Shown piece after piece: positions 40,540 through 55,651 of a stretch of 64,000 nt of DNA; positions within the stretch are counted from its first letter, which is position 1; each line of letters opens with the position of its first letter. The notes beneath the pieces were generated by a model, which saw only the letters and a list, made by a program, of their open reading frames with translations, was not told the DNA's origin and searched no databases. The stretch lies in assembly GCF_009914755.1 (NCBI RefSeq), contig NC_060947.1. One strand, given 5' to 3'. Position numbers and translations under genes: made by a program. This DNA is from the human T2T-CHM13v2.0 reference genome, Homo sapiens.

Positions 40540-42167
40540 ACAGAGACTGCTATGAACAATTATACATTAACAACTTAAATAACATTGAATAGATTCTTAG
40601 ATGCATGAAAACTATCAAGACTGAATTATGAAGAAATTGAAAAGCTGAACAGATCAATAGTAAGTAAAAGGATTTAATCAGTAATAATATCTCATCAACA
40701 AAAAGCCCTGGACCTGATGGCTTCTACCAAACTAGATATAGAAGTATCTTAACATAATAAAGGCCATACATGACAAGCTCACAGCTAAAATCACACTCTA
40801 TGGTAAAAAGTTGAAAACCTTTCCTCTGAAATCAGAAAAAGACAATGATGTCCACTCTCACCACTTGCATTTAATATTGTATTGGAATAACAAGCCAGGG
40901 CAATTAGTCAAGAAAAAGAAATGAAAGTCATGCTAATCAGAAAGGAAGAAGTTAAATAGTCTCTCTTTGCAGATGACAGAATCTTATGTATAGGAAACCC
41001 TAAAGATTCCATCAACAAAATGATTAGAACTAATACACAAATTCAATATAGTTGCAGGATACAAAATCAACATATAAATATTACTTGTGTTTCTAAACAG
41101 TAACCATCAACTATCTGTAAATAAATCAGGGAAAAAATCCATTTACAATAGCACCAGTAAAAATAAAATACTTAGGGATAAACTTAACTAAGAAGGTAAA
41201 AGACTTGAACACTGAAAACTGAAAAATATTACTGAAAGCATTAACATGCACAAACAAATGAAAAGACATGTCATGTTCATGTATAGGATGAATTAATATT
41301 ATTAAAATGTCCATACTACTCAAAATAATCTACGGATTTAATTCAATCCTTATCAAAATTCCAATGACATTGTTCACAGAAATAGAAAATAAAATTCTGA
41401 AATTCATATGAAATTACAAAAGACTCCTTAATTGCCAAAGTGATCTTAAGAAAGAGGAACAAAGTAAGGGAAATCACACTTCTTGAATGTAAAATATATT
41501 ACATAGTTAGAGTAATTAAAACCGGTGATAATGACATAGAGACAGGCATGTAGATGAATGAAACAGAATAGAGAGCCCAGAAATATATCTGTACATGTAT
41601 TGTCAATTGATCTTTGATAAGGGTGGGAAGAGTACACAATGGGGAAAGTTTAGTCTCTTAAACACATGGTGCTGGGAAAACTGGATATCCACATATAAAA
41701 ATGAATTAAATTGGACTTTTATCATACACTCTACACAAAAATAAACTCAGAATAGATTAAAGAGAAATGTAACACTTGAAACTCTTATGCTCCTAGAAGA
41801 AAACATAGGGAAAAAAGTTTATTGACGTTTGTCCAGGCAATGATTTCATGGATATGACACCAAAGTACAGGCATCAAAGACAAAAATAAAATGGGACTAT
41901 TTAAAACTAAAATCTTTTGCACAGAAAAGGTAACAATCAGTGGACTGTAAAGGCAACATGTAGAATTGCAGAAAAACAATCCCAAACCATATACCAAATG
42001 AGAAATTAATATCAAAATATATAAGAAACTCCTACAACTCAATAGCAAGAATAAATAAATCAATACATAACTCAACTTGAAAGTGGGCAAAGGTCTTGAA
42101 TAGATATTTCTTCCAAGAAAAACAACAAATGGGCAATAGGTATATGTTGATATGCTCTACACCACTA
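40540..42167 (+). mobile_element. Old L1MB-like piece 3: ORF2 RT/C-terminal region
   Basis: TTTGCAGATGACAGAATC (FADD) etc.; ends ...ATGCTCTACACCACTA. Confidence 0.88.
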
Positions 42168-44449
<2,282 letters not shown>

Positions 44450-44810
44450 TCATAAGTTTTAATTACTATGCAACACGCATTTTTTTTTAATTTGGGAAAA
44501 ATAAACTGAAGCTTTCATTTAAATACCAAACCAAAGTGCTATCCTGCCCTTCCTTACCCATGCTCTTGTCATGAACATTAAAATATGTCTTGGACCTTGC
44601 TTCCCAAAGAGTCAATAAACAAAGAGAAAAACCCTTATACCTGTGAGATTTCTTGGGTTTACTTTAGAGTATAGAAGCTTAGTCAGTGCCTGTCTTTTCT
44701 CTTTGTTCTAACTTCCCCAGCTCCCCGCAGTTCTGCCTACTAATTGACCATAACTGCAGGAATATCCCACGTAATTCCTGAGCTAATATTGACATAAGCA
44801 AGTTATATAC

Positions 44811-45433
44811 TTACACTGTTGGTGGGACTGTAAACTAGTTCAACCATTGTGGAAGTCAGTGTGGTGATTCCTCAGGGATCTAGAACTAGAAATACCATTT
44901 GACCCAGCCATCCCATTACTGGGTATATACCCAAAGGATTATAAATCATGCTGCTATAAAGACACATGCACACGTATGTTTATTGTGGCACTATTCACAA
45001 TAGCAAAGACTTGGAATCAACCCAAATGTCCAACAATGATAGACTGGATTAAGAAAATGTGGCACATATACACCATGGAATACTATGCAGCCTTAAAAAA
45101 TGATGAGTTCATGTCCTTTGTAGGGACACGGATGAAGCTGGAAACCATCATTCTCAGCAAACTATAGCAAGGACAAAAAACCAAACACCACATGTTCTCA
45201 CTCATAGGTGGGAATTGAACAATGAGAACACTTGGACACAAGAAGGGGAACATCACACACTGGGGCCTGTTGTGGGGTGGGGGAGGGGGAGAGATAGCAT
45301 TAGGAGATATACCTAATGTAAATGACGAGTTAATGGGTGCAGCACACCAACATGGCACATGTATACATATGTAACTAACCTGCACATTGTGCACATGTAC
45401 CCTAGAACTTAAAGTATAATAATAATAATAAAA
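44811..45433 (+). mobile_element. L1PA4-like 3' end (620 bp) with (AAT)n tail
   Basis: AAGGACAAAAAACCAAAC, GAACACTTGGACAC, CCCTAGAACTTAAAGTATAAT; no clear TSD seen. Confidence 0.9.
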
Positions 45434-45587
45434 GACATGAAGAGCAAAGGTAAAATTTATAGGATGGGACTTGAATATCTATTATTAGTGATAATCTATG
45501 TGTAAGAAATTTGTACATATGATAGACAGGAATAAGCATTACTAGGAGTAAATGGAACTATTGGTTAAGAGTAAATCAACATCTTAG

Positions 45588-45712
45588 TCACTCATTTGTT
45601 ACTGATTCAACAATATTTTTTCAGCACTTACTGTATGTGGGCTGTTCAAGCACTGGGGATTCAACATTACAAGAAACAGGCTAAAAAGTCCCTGGGTAAT
45701 GGAGATTTTAAA
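45588..45712 (-). mobile_element. L2 3' end fragment
   Basis: GATTCAACAATATTTTTTCAGCACTTACTGTATGTGGGC...CACTGGGGAT. Confidence 0.7.
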
Positions 45713-45809
45713 TGAACTTCTTTTCTCTGGAATTTTACTCTGTGATAGAGAATAATAAATGAACTTAATAAAAGGTAAAGTTTTAAGGATAATCATAAAA
45801 GCAAGGTTA

Positions 45810-46014
45810 CAGAGCCAGAAAAACCTGAGCTTGAAATTTGCCTCTATCACATACTACCTGAATAACTATGGGCAGGTTAATTAATTAACCAGTTTCTCTT
45901 AGCATCAACTTCTATATACGATAATCAGAAGTAATGAAAACTACTTTGGAAGATATTTGTGAGCATGTAATGAGACAACATATGTAAGCCTACTAGTACA
46001 AGAACTTGATACAC
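45810..46014 (+). mobile_element. MIR
   Basis: GAGCCAGAAAAACCTGAG...TGGGCAGGTTAATTAA...GTGAGCATGTAATGAGACAACATATGTAA. Confidence 0.7.
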
Positions 46015-46171
46015 ATCTTACCCTTTCCTTATGAGAATAGAAGAGGCATCCATACTTTTGTCCTACTGGCACAAGACACTCTTTTCCATTATCTTTGTCT
46101 ACTCTGGATTGGAAACCTCTTTCTCTTTTATTTGATAAACTCATTATAATATTGTTCTTTTAATACTCCAA

Positions 46172-46430
46172 ATTTAGTTTAGTTTAACTGGTATTTATTA
46201 TTTACTTTGTACCAGAAAAGATGCTAAATTCTGGAAATACAAAAATGAATAACAGAATTCTTCCCTTGTTTTTTCTCACAGCCTAGTGGGAGAAATAGGC
46301 AAAAATAAATAAATTTTATGCAATGTGGTAACTGCTATTACAGATCTAATCCCAGAGTGCTATGAAAGGACATAGGAGGGACATCTAAGCCAGACTGGAG
46401 AGAAGGAGGTTCAGTGATGGCTTCGTGAAG
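46172..46430 (-). mobile_element. L2 3' fragment
   Basis: TATTTATT...GATGCTAAATTCTGGAAATACAAAAATGAATAA...CTCACAGCCTAGTGGGAGA. Confidence 0.72.
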
Positions 46431-46699
46431 CACATTTTATATATAACAACCAATAATTCCCTAAAAATATGGAGATTATGAATCCACAATTCTCTTAATT
46501 TTAAACTGAAGGCTAAGTGTCTGGGACAACACTTCAACATTCCTTTATAAGCATGCCATTTGTGTAGTACATTCTTTAATACACTCCATCAAGTGAAGCT
46601 CTTATTAGATTCATTAAGGAGAATGGACATCTCCATTCATGTAGCTTCAAAGGCAGTGATTTATGTCCAAAATGTTAGAGAGGCAGCATAGTATAGTTT

Positions 46700-46882
46700 G
46701 GTAGCTCTCATTCTTGGTAGATAGCTGAAGCAGGTGAAGAGGGAGTGGCTTAAGAAATACAGATGACTTGACCCCATTATCAATGAATTGAATCAAAATC
46801 CTTGGAGAGGAGGCCCAGACATCTGTATTTTTAAGAGCTCCCCAATCAATTCAGATGCACAGTGAGTGTTAAAAATAAGTAA
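46700..46882. mobile_element. MER5A/B hAT-Charlie element inside a MIR-like relic
   Basis: AAATACAGATG...TGAATCAAAATC...GGCCCAGACATCTGTATTTTTAAGAGCTCCCC...TTCAGATGCACAG. Confidence 0.8.
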
Positions 46883-48164
46883 TATAGTGGTCTAAACAGC
46901 TTATACAGAATAGGTGTTCTCTTCATGGCTCAGTAATAAACTTGTCCTGTTACTTAGCGAGTCATTTCATCTTTCTTGTCCTTAATTTCCTTGTCCACAA
47001 GATGACACGATCTCCAAGGTCTGACATTCTTATACCATGGCTCTGTTTCTTTATTTCTGGACAATATTTCTCCTGCTCATTTACTGCAAAACACACTTTG
47101 ATATTTGGATTTGCATACTATTTACTTTATTCAAGCACATGGTGATTCTCAAACTGATTTATACTGTGGAAGAAAATTAACATTCTCAAGGAAAAGATTT
47201 AGCCAAAGCACATTTTTTGAAGTCTTATGTAATTAAATATAATAACAGTTGAGTACATATTTTCATGTAATGAAATAATCCAGATTGTGATATATTGGAA
47301 GGAGTTACTCTCCAAGGGACAGTACAATGACAGATGGAGAAGAGTTAGAACAGCCAGACTTTCTGACTTTTTAGAACTTAGTCTAAAGAAAATAAATGTT
47401 TCTGGTGTTAAATATACTTCTTGTTTATGTTTCTGGAAAGGTAATCTAATTGATATTGAGAGAACTTGTTGATTTGGATAAATTTAAGGTTTCCTTCTCA
47501 TAAAATATATTTAAAATACAAGAATATATGAAGTATTGCATACAGGTCAATATGTCTACAATTCTGTGAAATAAATTAGAATGATTTAAAAACTAGAACC
47601 TCTGTGGCCAATAAATTGATGCTATGGTTAAGAATATTATTATCTGTGTTACAAGTTTTGAAGTAAAGCAAATCTCCTGAAATGGCCAGATTATTTCTAT
47701 TGCATTCTAAAAGAAAGTATATAGTATATGAGTCTGAATGTTTGTCAATTGCTCCAGCCGGTAAGGTCAATAGGCAATACTGTTCAGAGTACTTTATCTA
47801 GTGATAAAAGGAATGAATTGTTGATAGGGAATAAAGCATGTTTGGAAATAAAGCATAAATGTTTAACCCAATAATATGTGCTAGTTGCCTCATTCAACGT
47901 TATTCAAATTGGAAATAGTAGAATGAATGTTATAATAAAGGAACTGAAGTCCAAGGTAAGTGAAAATGTGGAGTACCTGGCTTCTTGAAGGGAGTTCAGG
48001 TTTTCAGGCCCGGATAAACTGGTTCCAAGCCTGAGAGAATGGCTTATGGACTATGAAAGACAGGTTTAGATACTGGAAGCCTGAGAAATAGAGACTACGT
48101 TTTCTCATTCCTTCTGGCTAATGAAAAAAAAAAATCAAAGCTGTATACACATGGGACAAAGTTG

Positions 48165-48335
48165 TTTAGTGGAATAAGCAAAGACTTTGGAATGACATTA
48201 ATGTGGCTTCAAATCTCAGCTATGTAATTCTAGCCTGGAGGATATCACTTTACATCCTGAGCCTCAGTTTTCTCAATTATTAAATAAAAATAACATGTCA
48301 ATCTGGTACTATTGTTGTAAAGATAGAAGATAATA
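48165..48335 (+). mobile_element. MIR (interrupted by MER47B)
   Basis: GACTTTGGAAT...TTCAAATCTCAGCT...CTGAGCCTCAGTTTTCTCA. Confidence 0.8.
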
Positions 48336-48336
48336 G

Positions 48337-48753
48337 AGATGTTCTTTGACACATGATGTGGTCATGTCCTAATGAACCCTTCATAATATGAAAATGTTGT
48401 CAGTTCAAAATGCATTTACTACACCAATCTTTCAGACCATCATAACCTAGCCTGGTCTACCTTAAAAGTGCTTAAACACTTACATTAGCCTACAGTTGAC
48501 CAAAACCATCTGGCAACATGGCACACTATAGAGTATCAGTTGTTTACTCTTACAAAAGCATGGTGGACTGGGTGCTGTGTCTGGCTGCTGCTACCCATCA
48601 TTGTGAAAGAGAATCATACTGCATATCGGTAGCCTGAGAAAAGATCAAAAATCAAATTTTGAAGTATGGTTTCTATTGAATGTGTATCACTTTCACACCA
48701 TTCTGAAGTCAAATTATCGTCAGTTAAACCGTCATTAAGTCAATGATTTTCTT
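48337..48753 (+). mobile_element. MER47B (Tigger family)
   Basis: AAAATGCATTTACTACACC, ACACTTACATTAGCCTACAGTTG, ATCTGGCAACA, GAAAAGATCAAAAATCAAATTTTGAAGTATGGTTTCTA. Confidence 0.88.
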
Positions 48754-49044
48754 TATATGAAAATGGCCACAAGAAGTTTGTTACACTACAGGAATTCAAC
48801 TAATTATAGACCCTCTATTATTAAAAATAGTTTGTGCCTTAGGCCTGCTTATTTTTATACCCATTCTTGAGTTTCTGGAAGCCCTGAATAACTTTTTGTG
48901 AAGATATATCATAAATAACACTGATACCAATGTTCTTACATCCTCTGCATAAGTTTAATGAACTTCTGAAATTCCATAAAAATGTAGAGTGAAACTAGTT
49001 TCTACCCTACTAGGAAAAGAAGTTTTAAAGGAGATATTTAAAAA

Positions 49045-50712
49045 ATAATTTCAACTTTTGTTTTGGACTAAGGGGAAACATGTGCAAGTTTTTTACATGG
49101 ATATATTGTGTGATGTTGAGGTTTGAGGTATAAATGAGCCTGTCACTATGCAGCAAGGATAGTACCTAATAGAAAGTTTTTCAGCCCTTGCCGCCCTCCC
49201 TTTCTTCCCACTAGTAATCTCCAATATCTATTGCTCCCATTTTTATGTCTATGCATACCCAATGTTTAGCTTCCACTTATAAGTAAGAAAATGCAGTATT
49301 TGGTTTTCTGTTCCTGCATTAATTTGCCCAGGATAATGGCCTCCAGCTGCATCCATGTTGCTACAAGGAATATAATATTATTCTTTTTTATGGCTGCATA
49401 GTATTCCATGGTGTATATGTGCCACATTTTCTTTATCAAGTCCACCACTGATGGGCACCTAGGTTGATTCCATGTCTTTGCTATTGTAAATAGTGCAGTG
49501 ATCAACATATACGTGCATGTGACTTTTTGGTAGAATGATATAATTTCCTTGGCATATATACTCAGTAGTGGGATTGCTGGGTAAGGTGGTAGTTCTGTTT
49601 TAAGTTCTTTGAGAAATCTCCAAACTGCTTTCCACAGTGGCTGAACTAATTTACCCTGTCCACCAACAGTGTACAAGCATTCCTTTTTTTCCACAGCCTC
49701 ACCAGCATCTACTTTTTTTTAACTTTTTAAAAATAACCATTGTGACTGGTGTGAGATGGTATCTCATTGTGGTTTTTATTTGTGTTTCTATGATGATTAG
49801 CGATATTCAGAATTTTTTCAGATTAGTTGCTTATTTGTCTTCTTTTCAGTAGTGTCCGTTCATGTCCTCTGCCCATTTTTTAATAGGGCTATTTCCTTTT
49901 GCTTGTTGAATTGTTCCTACTTATAGATTCTGGATATTAGACCTTTGCTGGATGCATAGTTTGTGAATATTTTCTCCCAGTTCTGTTGGTTGTCTGTTTA
50001 CTCTATTAATAGTTTATTTTGCTGTGCAGAAGCTGTTTAGTTTAATTAGTTCCCTCTTGTCAATTAATCAATTAATTTTTTCATGTGCTGCTGGATTCAG
50101 TTTGCTAGTATCTTGTAGAGTACTTTTGCATCTGTGTTCATCGGAGATATTGGCCCATCATTTTCTTTTTTATTGTATTTTTATCAGGTTTTGGTATTAG
50201 GGTGATGCTGGCTTCATAGAATGAATTAGGAAGAAAAACCTTCTCCTCTATTTTTTTTAAATAGTTTCAGTAGAATTGGTACCAGCTCTTCTCTGTACGT
50301 CTGGTAGAATTTGGCTTTGAATTTATGTAATTCAAGGCTTTTTAGTTGGCAGGCTTACTGCCAATTCAATTTTAGAACTCGATATTAGTCTGTTCAAGGT
50401 TTCAGTTTCTTTCTGATTCAACCTTGGGAAGTTGTGTGTTTCCAGGAATTTATCCATTTTCTCTAGATTTTCTAATTTGTGTCCATAGAGGTGTTCATAA
50501 TAGTCTCTGAGAATCTTTCTTATTTCTGTGGGATTAGTTGTAGTGTTTCCTTTGTCATTTCTGATTGCACTTATTTAGATCCTCTCTTTTTTTTTCTTTG
50601 TTAGTCTTACTAGTGGCCTATCAATCTTCTTTATCCTTTCAAATAAACAATTTCTGGTTTTGTTGATTCTTTATATGGATTTTGGGATCTCAATTTTCTT
50701 TCAATTCTGCTT
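49045..50712 (-). mobile_element. L1PA15/16-like LINE-1 with internal deletion at ~50070
   Basis: 3'UTR (ATATTGTGTGATGTTGAGGTTTG...), ORF2 C-terminus 49266-49694, jump to upstream ORF2 after CAATTAATCAATTAAT. Confidence 0.87.
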
Positions 50713-51093
50713 AAATGAGGTATTTAAAAATCATGCTAAATGATTTAATGTTTTGAATTCTCTCTGCAGGTAAAAAAGTCTTCTAGGGTGGTTTGTTTAA
50801 AAGAAGACAAGAGTTAGTGTTTGTTTTGTTACATATTGTTTTGTTTTCAGGGTGACCTATCATTCTGTTTTCCATCTAATCTTTTTGTGTGTTGGGCAAA
50901 AGTATTACCTCTGTGTATTTACTATCCTATGAGTCAGTTACCAACAGTGATGATATATGTATGTAGTTTGGAAAGTGACTTGATAGAAAATAGAAAATAG
51001 AAAATATAAATGTAAAATATTGCTTGCAATAAGCTTATTTGAAGCTATAAAGCACAGAGATCTTAATGACATTGTACAAGAAGAAGGCACACA

Positions 51094-52710
51094 AAGGCAG
51101 AAATCAAGTTCTTTGAAACCAATGTGAACAAAGAGACAACATACCAGAATCTCTGGGACACAGCTAAAGCGGTGTTAAGAGGGAATTTTATAGCACTAAA
51201 TGCTCACATCAGAAAGCTAGAAAGATCTCAAATCGACACCCTAACATCACAATTGAAAGACCTAGAGAGACAAGAGCAAACTAATCCAAAAGCTAGCAGA
51301 AGACAAGAAGTAACTAAAATTAGAGAAGAATTGAAGGAGATAGAGACATGAAAAACTCTCCAAAAAATTATGAATCTGGGAACTGCTTTTCTGAAAAAAA
51401 AATAGCCAATTTTGAAGAATCAAATAGCCACAATAATAAATGATAAACAGCATATCACCACTAACCCCACAGAAATACAAACTACCATCAGAGAATACTA
51501 TAAACACCTCTATGCAAATAAAATAGAAAATCTAGAAGAAATGGATAAATTCCTGGATGCATACACCCTACCAAGACTAAACCAGGAAGAAATTAAATCT
51601 ATGAAGAAATCAATAACAAGTTCTGAAATTGAGGCATTAATTAATAGACTAAGAATCAAAAAAAAAAAAAAAAAAAACCCAGGACCAGACAGATTCACAG
51701 CCGAATTCTACCAGAAATACAAAGAGGAGCTGAAACCATTCCTTCTGAAACTTGAAACAATTGAAAAGGAGGGTGTCCTCCCTAACTCATTGTATGAAGC
51801 CAGCATCATCAGGATACCAAAACTGGGAGAAGAAACAACAAAACCAGAAAACTTCAGGCCAATATTCCTGATGTGCATTGATGCAAAAATCCTTAATAAA
51901 ATACTGACAAACTGAAACCAGCAGTACATTAAAAAACTTAACCACCATGATCGAGTCAGGTTTATCCCAGGGATGCAAGTCTGGTTCAACATATGCAAAT
52001 CAATAAATGTAATCCATCACATAAACAGAACCAATGACAAAAACCACATGATTATCTCAATAGACGCAGAAAAGGCCCTTGATAAAATTCAGCATACCTT
52101 CATGTTAAGAACTCCTAATAAACTATGTATTGATGGAAGATATTTGAAAATAATAAGAGCTATTTATGACAAACCCACAGAAAATATCATATTGAATGAG
52201 CAAAAGCTGGAAGCATTCCATTTGAAAACCAGCACAAGACAAAGATGCTCTCTCTCACCACTCATATTCAACATAATATTGGAAGTTCTGGCCAGGGCAA
52301 TCAGTGAAGAGAAAGAAATAAAGGGTATTCAAACAGGAAGAGAGGAATTCAAGTTGTCTCTGTTTGCAGGTGACACGATTTTATATTTAGAAAACCCAGT
52401 TATCTCAGCTGCAAAACTTCTTGAACTGATAACCTTCGGCAAAGTCTCAGGATAAAAAATCAATGTGCAGAAATTACAAGCATTCCTTTACACCAACAAT
52501 ATGCAAGCAGAGAGCCAAATAGTGAATGAACTCTCATTCACAATCGCTACAAAGAGAATAAAATACCTCAGAATGCAGCTAACAAGGGATGTGAAGGACC
52601 TCTTAAAGTAGAACTACAAACCGCTGCTCAAGGAATTAAAAGAGGATATAAAACATGGAAAAACATTCCATCCTCATAAATAGGAAGAACCAATATCATG
52701 AAAACAGGCA
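51094..52710 (+). mobile_element. L1PA8-like ORF2 segment
   Basis: ORFs 51124-51351, 51412-51915, 51973-52455; CACATCAGAAAGCTAGAAAGATCTCAAATCGAC; interrupted by LTR5A. Confidence 0.9.
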
Positions 52711-52887
52711 TGTAGGGAAAAGAAAGAGAGATAAGACTGTTACTGTGTCTATGTAGAAAGGGAAGACATAAGAAATTCCATTTTGACCTATACCCTGAAC
52801 AATTGCTTTGCCCTGAGATGCTGTTAATCTGTAACTTTGCCCCAGCCTCTTTGCTTCAACCTCTTTGCCCCAATCTTGAGCTCATAA
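52711..52887 (+). mobile_element. HERV-K (HML-2) LTR5A, first ~175 bp only
   Basis: TGTAGGGAAAAGAAAGAGAGAT...TGTTACTGTGTCTATGTAGAAAGGGAAGACATAAGA...CAATTGCTTTG...TTTGCCCCAGCC...GAGCTCA. Confidence 0.9.
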
Positions 52888-52890
52888 GTT

Positions 52891-53160
52891 CAGGAACAGA
52901 AAACCAAACACCACATGTTCTCACTCATAAGTGAGAGTTGAGCAATGAGAACACATGGACACATGGAGGGAAACATCACACACTGGGGACTGTCTGGGGG
53001 TTGGGGGCTAGGGGAGGGATAGCATTAGGAGAAATACCTAATTTAGGTGATGGGTTGATGGGTGCAGCAAACCACTATGGCATGTGTATACCTATGTAAC
53101 AAGCCTGCATGTTCTTCACACGTATCCCAGAACTCAAAGTATAATAAAAAAAAATTTTAA
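52891..53160 (+). mobile_element. L1PA7-like 3' end with poly(A); continuation of 42168-44449
   Basis: GGGGGCTAGGGGAGGGATAGCATTAGGAGAAATACCTAAT...GGGTGCAGCAAACCAC...TATCCCAGAACT; resumes ~70-75 nt downstream of where the first part stops. Confidence 0.9.
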
Positions 53161-53162
53161 AA

Positions 53163-53900
53163 AGAAATATAAATAAAAACTTTAGCAAGATATCACCTCA
53201 CACCTGTTAGGATAGATATTATCAAAAAATAGATACTATCAAAAAATAACAGGTAACAAGTGTTGGCAAACCCTTGTACACCATTCGTGGAAATGACAAA
53301 TGGTGCAGCATCTATGCAAAAGAATACTGAGGTTTCCCCCAAATTAAAAATAGAACTGCCATATATTCTAAGGATCATATGGCAATTATAAGCTGCTGAT
53401 ATCTGGATCTGGAAGAGGTATATGCACTCCCATGTTCATTGCAGCATTATTTACAATGGCCAAGATAAGGAGACAACCCAAATGCCCATAAATGTATGAA
53501 TGGATAAAGAAAATATGGCACACATACAATGTAATATTATTCAGCCTTATAAAAGAAGGAAATCCTGCCCTTGGCAACAACATGAATAAACTTTGAGAAC
53601 GTTATGCTAAGTTAAATAAGCCAGTTGCATAAAGACAAATACTTTAGGACTCCACTTATATAAGGAATGTAAAATAGGCAGACTCATTGAAGCAGAGGTA
53701 CAGTGGCAGGTGCCATGGGTTGTGGGGAATGGAATGGGAGGTTGCTGTTTAATAGGGATAAAATTTAGGTTATATAAGACAAATACATTCTAGATATCTG
53801 CTGGACAACATTGTGCCTAGAGTTAACAATATTGTATTGTGCACTTAAAAATTTGTTAAGAGGGTAGATCTCATGTTAAAACTTTTTATCACAATAAATA
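53163..53900 (+). mobile_element. Old L1MB-like piece 4: 3' end (L1MB2/3-like)
   Basis: GAAATATAAATAAAAAC...AGATATCACCTCACACCTGTTAGG continues piece 3; terminal GTTAAGAGGGTAGATCTCATGTTAA...ACAATAAAA. Confidence 0.88.
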
Positions 53901-54579
53901 ATATAATTCTTTGACTTGATTTTTTAAAAGACATTCTATAGCAGAGGAATATGTCCAGTATTTTATTAAAATACCATTATTATTGTGATCCCAGTACTGC
54001 TGTGAAAGACCACACTCAATAAAAGGAATATAAAACTATTTTTCAATTTATAATCATATTAATTTAGCAAAGAAAATGCTTTTACAGAAACAGCATCATT
54101 TGTAGCCTCTTTCATCAGATTTTGCATGTTGCTATGGACTAATTTTAAAAAGTGCTCTCTCTCTTGTATTTTATTTGCTAGGAAAACTTGATATTTACTC
54201 GTGGGCTCATCTATGAGAAGAGTACTCACTTGTGTCCTGTCCAAATATATTTAGAGTAGCAGTTTAGAGCCCTAAACTCCCTTAATTCTGGTCTGCCTCC
54301 TCAGGCAGGGGCAAGGGGCAAATGGCAGGATGTAGTTCTGCTTCTTGCTTCCTCGCATTAGAGTTATATGATGGAAGATTTAGTTTGACCTTTTTTGGAG
54401 AGAAGCAGAAAGAGCAGGCTTCCTGGCTTTATTCAGTTTTAGATTCCTGCAGCCAAAGCAACCATATGTCATGAATGTGTGCTAGCTGGGCTCACTAAAG
54501 TTCTTCAGGAAGACAAAATTCATCAGCGATAACACAAACAAACACAACACTTACCTAGTGGTATTATAGAATTATAACA

Positions 54580-54682
54580 TTACATATAGAGAAATATATA
54601 GCTAGATATATATACATCATACACACACATATGTATGTGTGTGTATAGATATATAAATATATATATATATGTATATATATAA
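54580..54682. repeat. TA/CA-rich low-complexity tract
   Basis: direct reading. Confidence 0.8.
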
Positions 54683-54744
54683 TTGTAAAGAGTAACAGAA
54701 GGGAATTTAAGGATTATTGAGTGGAAATCCCTAATTTTATAGAC

Positions 54745-55100
54745 TGTTATGGACTGAATGTTTATGTCTCCCCAAAAATTCATATGAAGAAATTCTACCT
54801 CCCAATGTGATGATATTTGGTGGTGAGGCCTTTGTGAGCTGAGTAGGGCAGAGGTCTCATATATGGGATTAGATTCTATATAAAAGAGACCCTCAGAGAG
54901 CTCTCTCACTCCTTCTGCCTTGTGAGGACAAAACCAGAAGGCAGTCTGCAACCTGGAAGAGGACCCTCAGCAGAACCTGCCCATGCTAACACCCTGAACT
55001 TGCACTTTTGGTCTTCAAAATTGGAAAAAGTAAATTTCTGTTGTTTATAAGCCACCAAGTTTACAGTATTTTTTTATAGCAGCCCAAGTGGATTAAGACA
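54745..55100 (+). mobile_element. MLT1A/MLT1A0 MaLR solo LTR
   Basis: TGTTATGGACTGAATG start, AAATTTCTGTTGTTTATAAGCCACC, TATAGCAGCCC...TAAGACA end. Confidence 0.9.
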
Positions 55101-55651
55101 TAGGGACTCATAGATTTACAGGTATTAAGTGAATTGTTACAAATTGTTACAGTTGTTGGTAAGGCTGCAACTCCAAGATTAGTTTGTCTTTTCCAAGACA
55201 TGAATGCTTGAATTCAAATGTATTCATAGGAATGTACTGAATAGTTTGATTTGCTTATCTCAATTCAGGGGCAACTTATGTACATTGCCAATACCCTTAT
55301 TTCAAGTTATGTTGAGAATTTACAAACTTTGGTCACCAGTGCTTCACATTGAGGCAGTGATGATCTACCTGTTTGCACATAATTTTACACACTGCACATT
55401 TATGCACTGGTTGTGAAATATATTCTTCATTCATTCATTAATTCAAGTACTAAATGCACATTTATTTTGAGCACCTGCTTTGTGCAAATAAAAAAGGTAC
55501 ATACAATACAGAACCAAGAAACTTTCCACCACTGGGTCTTTAAGCTATAGTTTAGAGAGAAAAACAGTATGTTTCCAATCACATTCATTTTTATGCTATG
55601 ATTTTATGATTTTATGCTATGATTTTATGATCATTTTATGATTGTTGTATG

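Noticed and set aside
44450-52890. L1 3' transduction as explanation for the captured block
   Set aside because: The block lies inside the L1 upstream of its 3'UTR/poly(A), has no own poly(A), and ends in a cut LTR.
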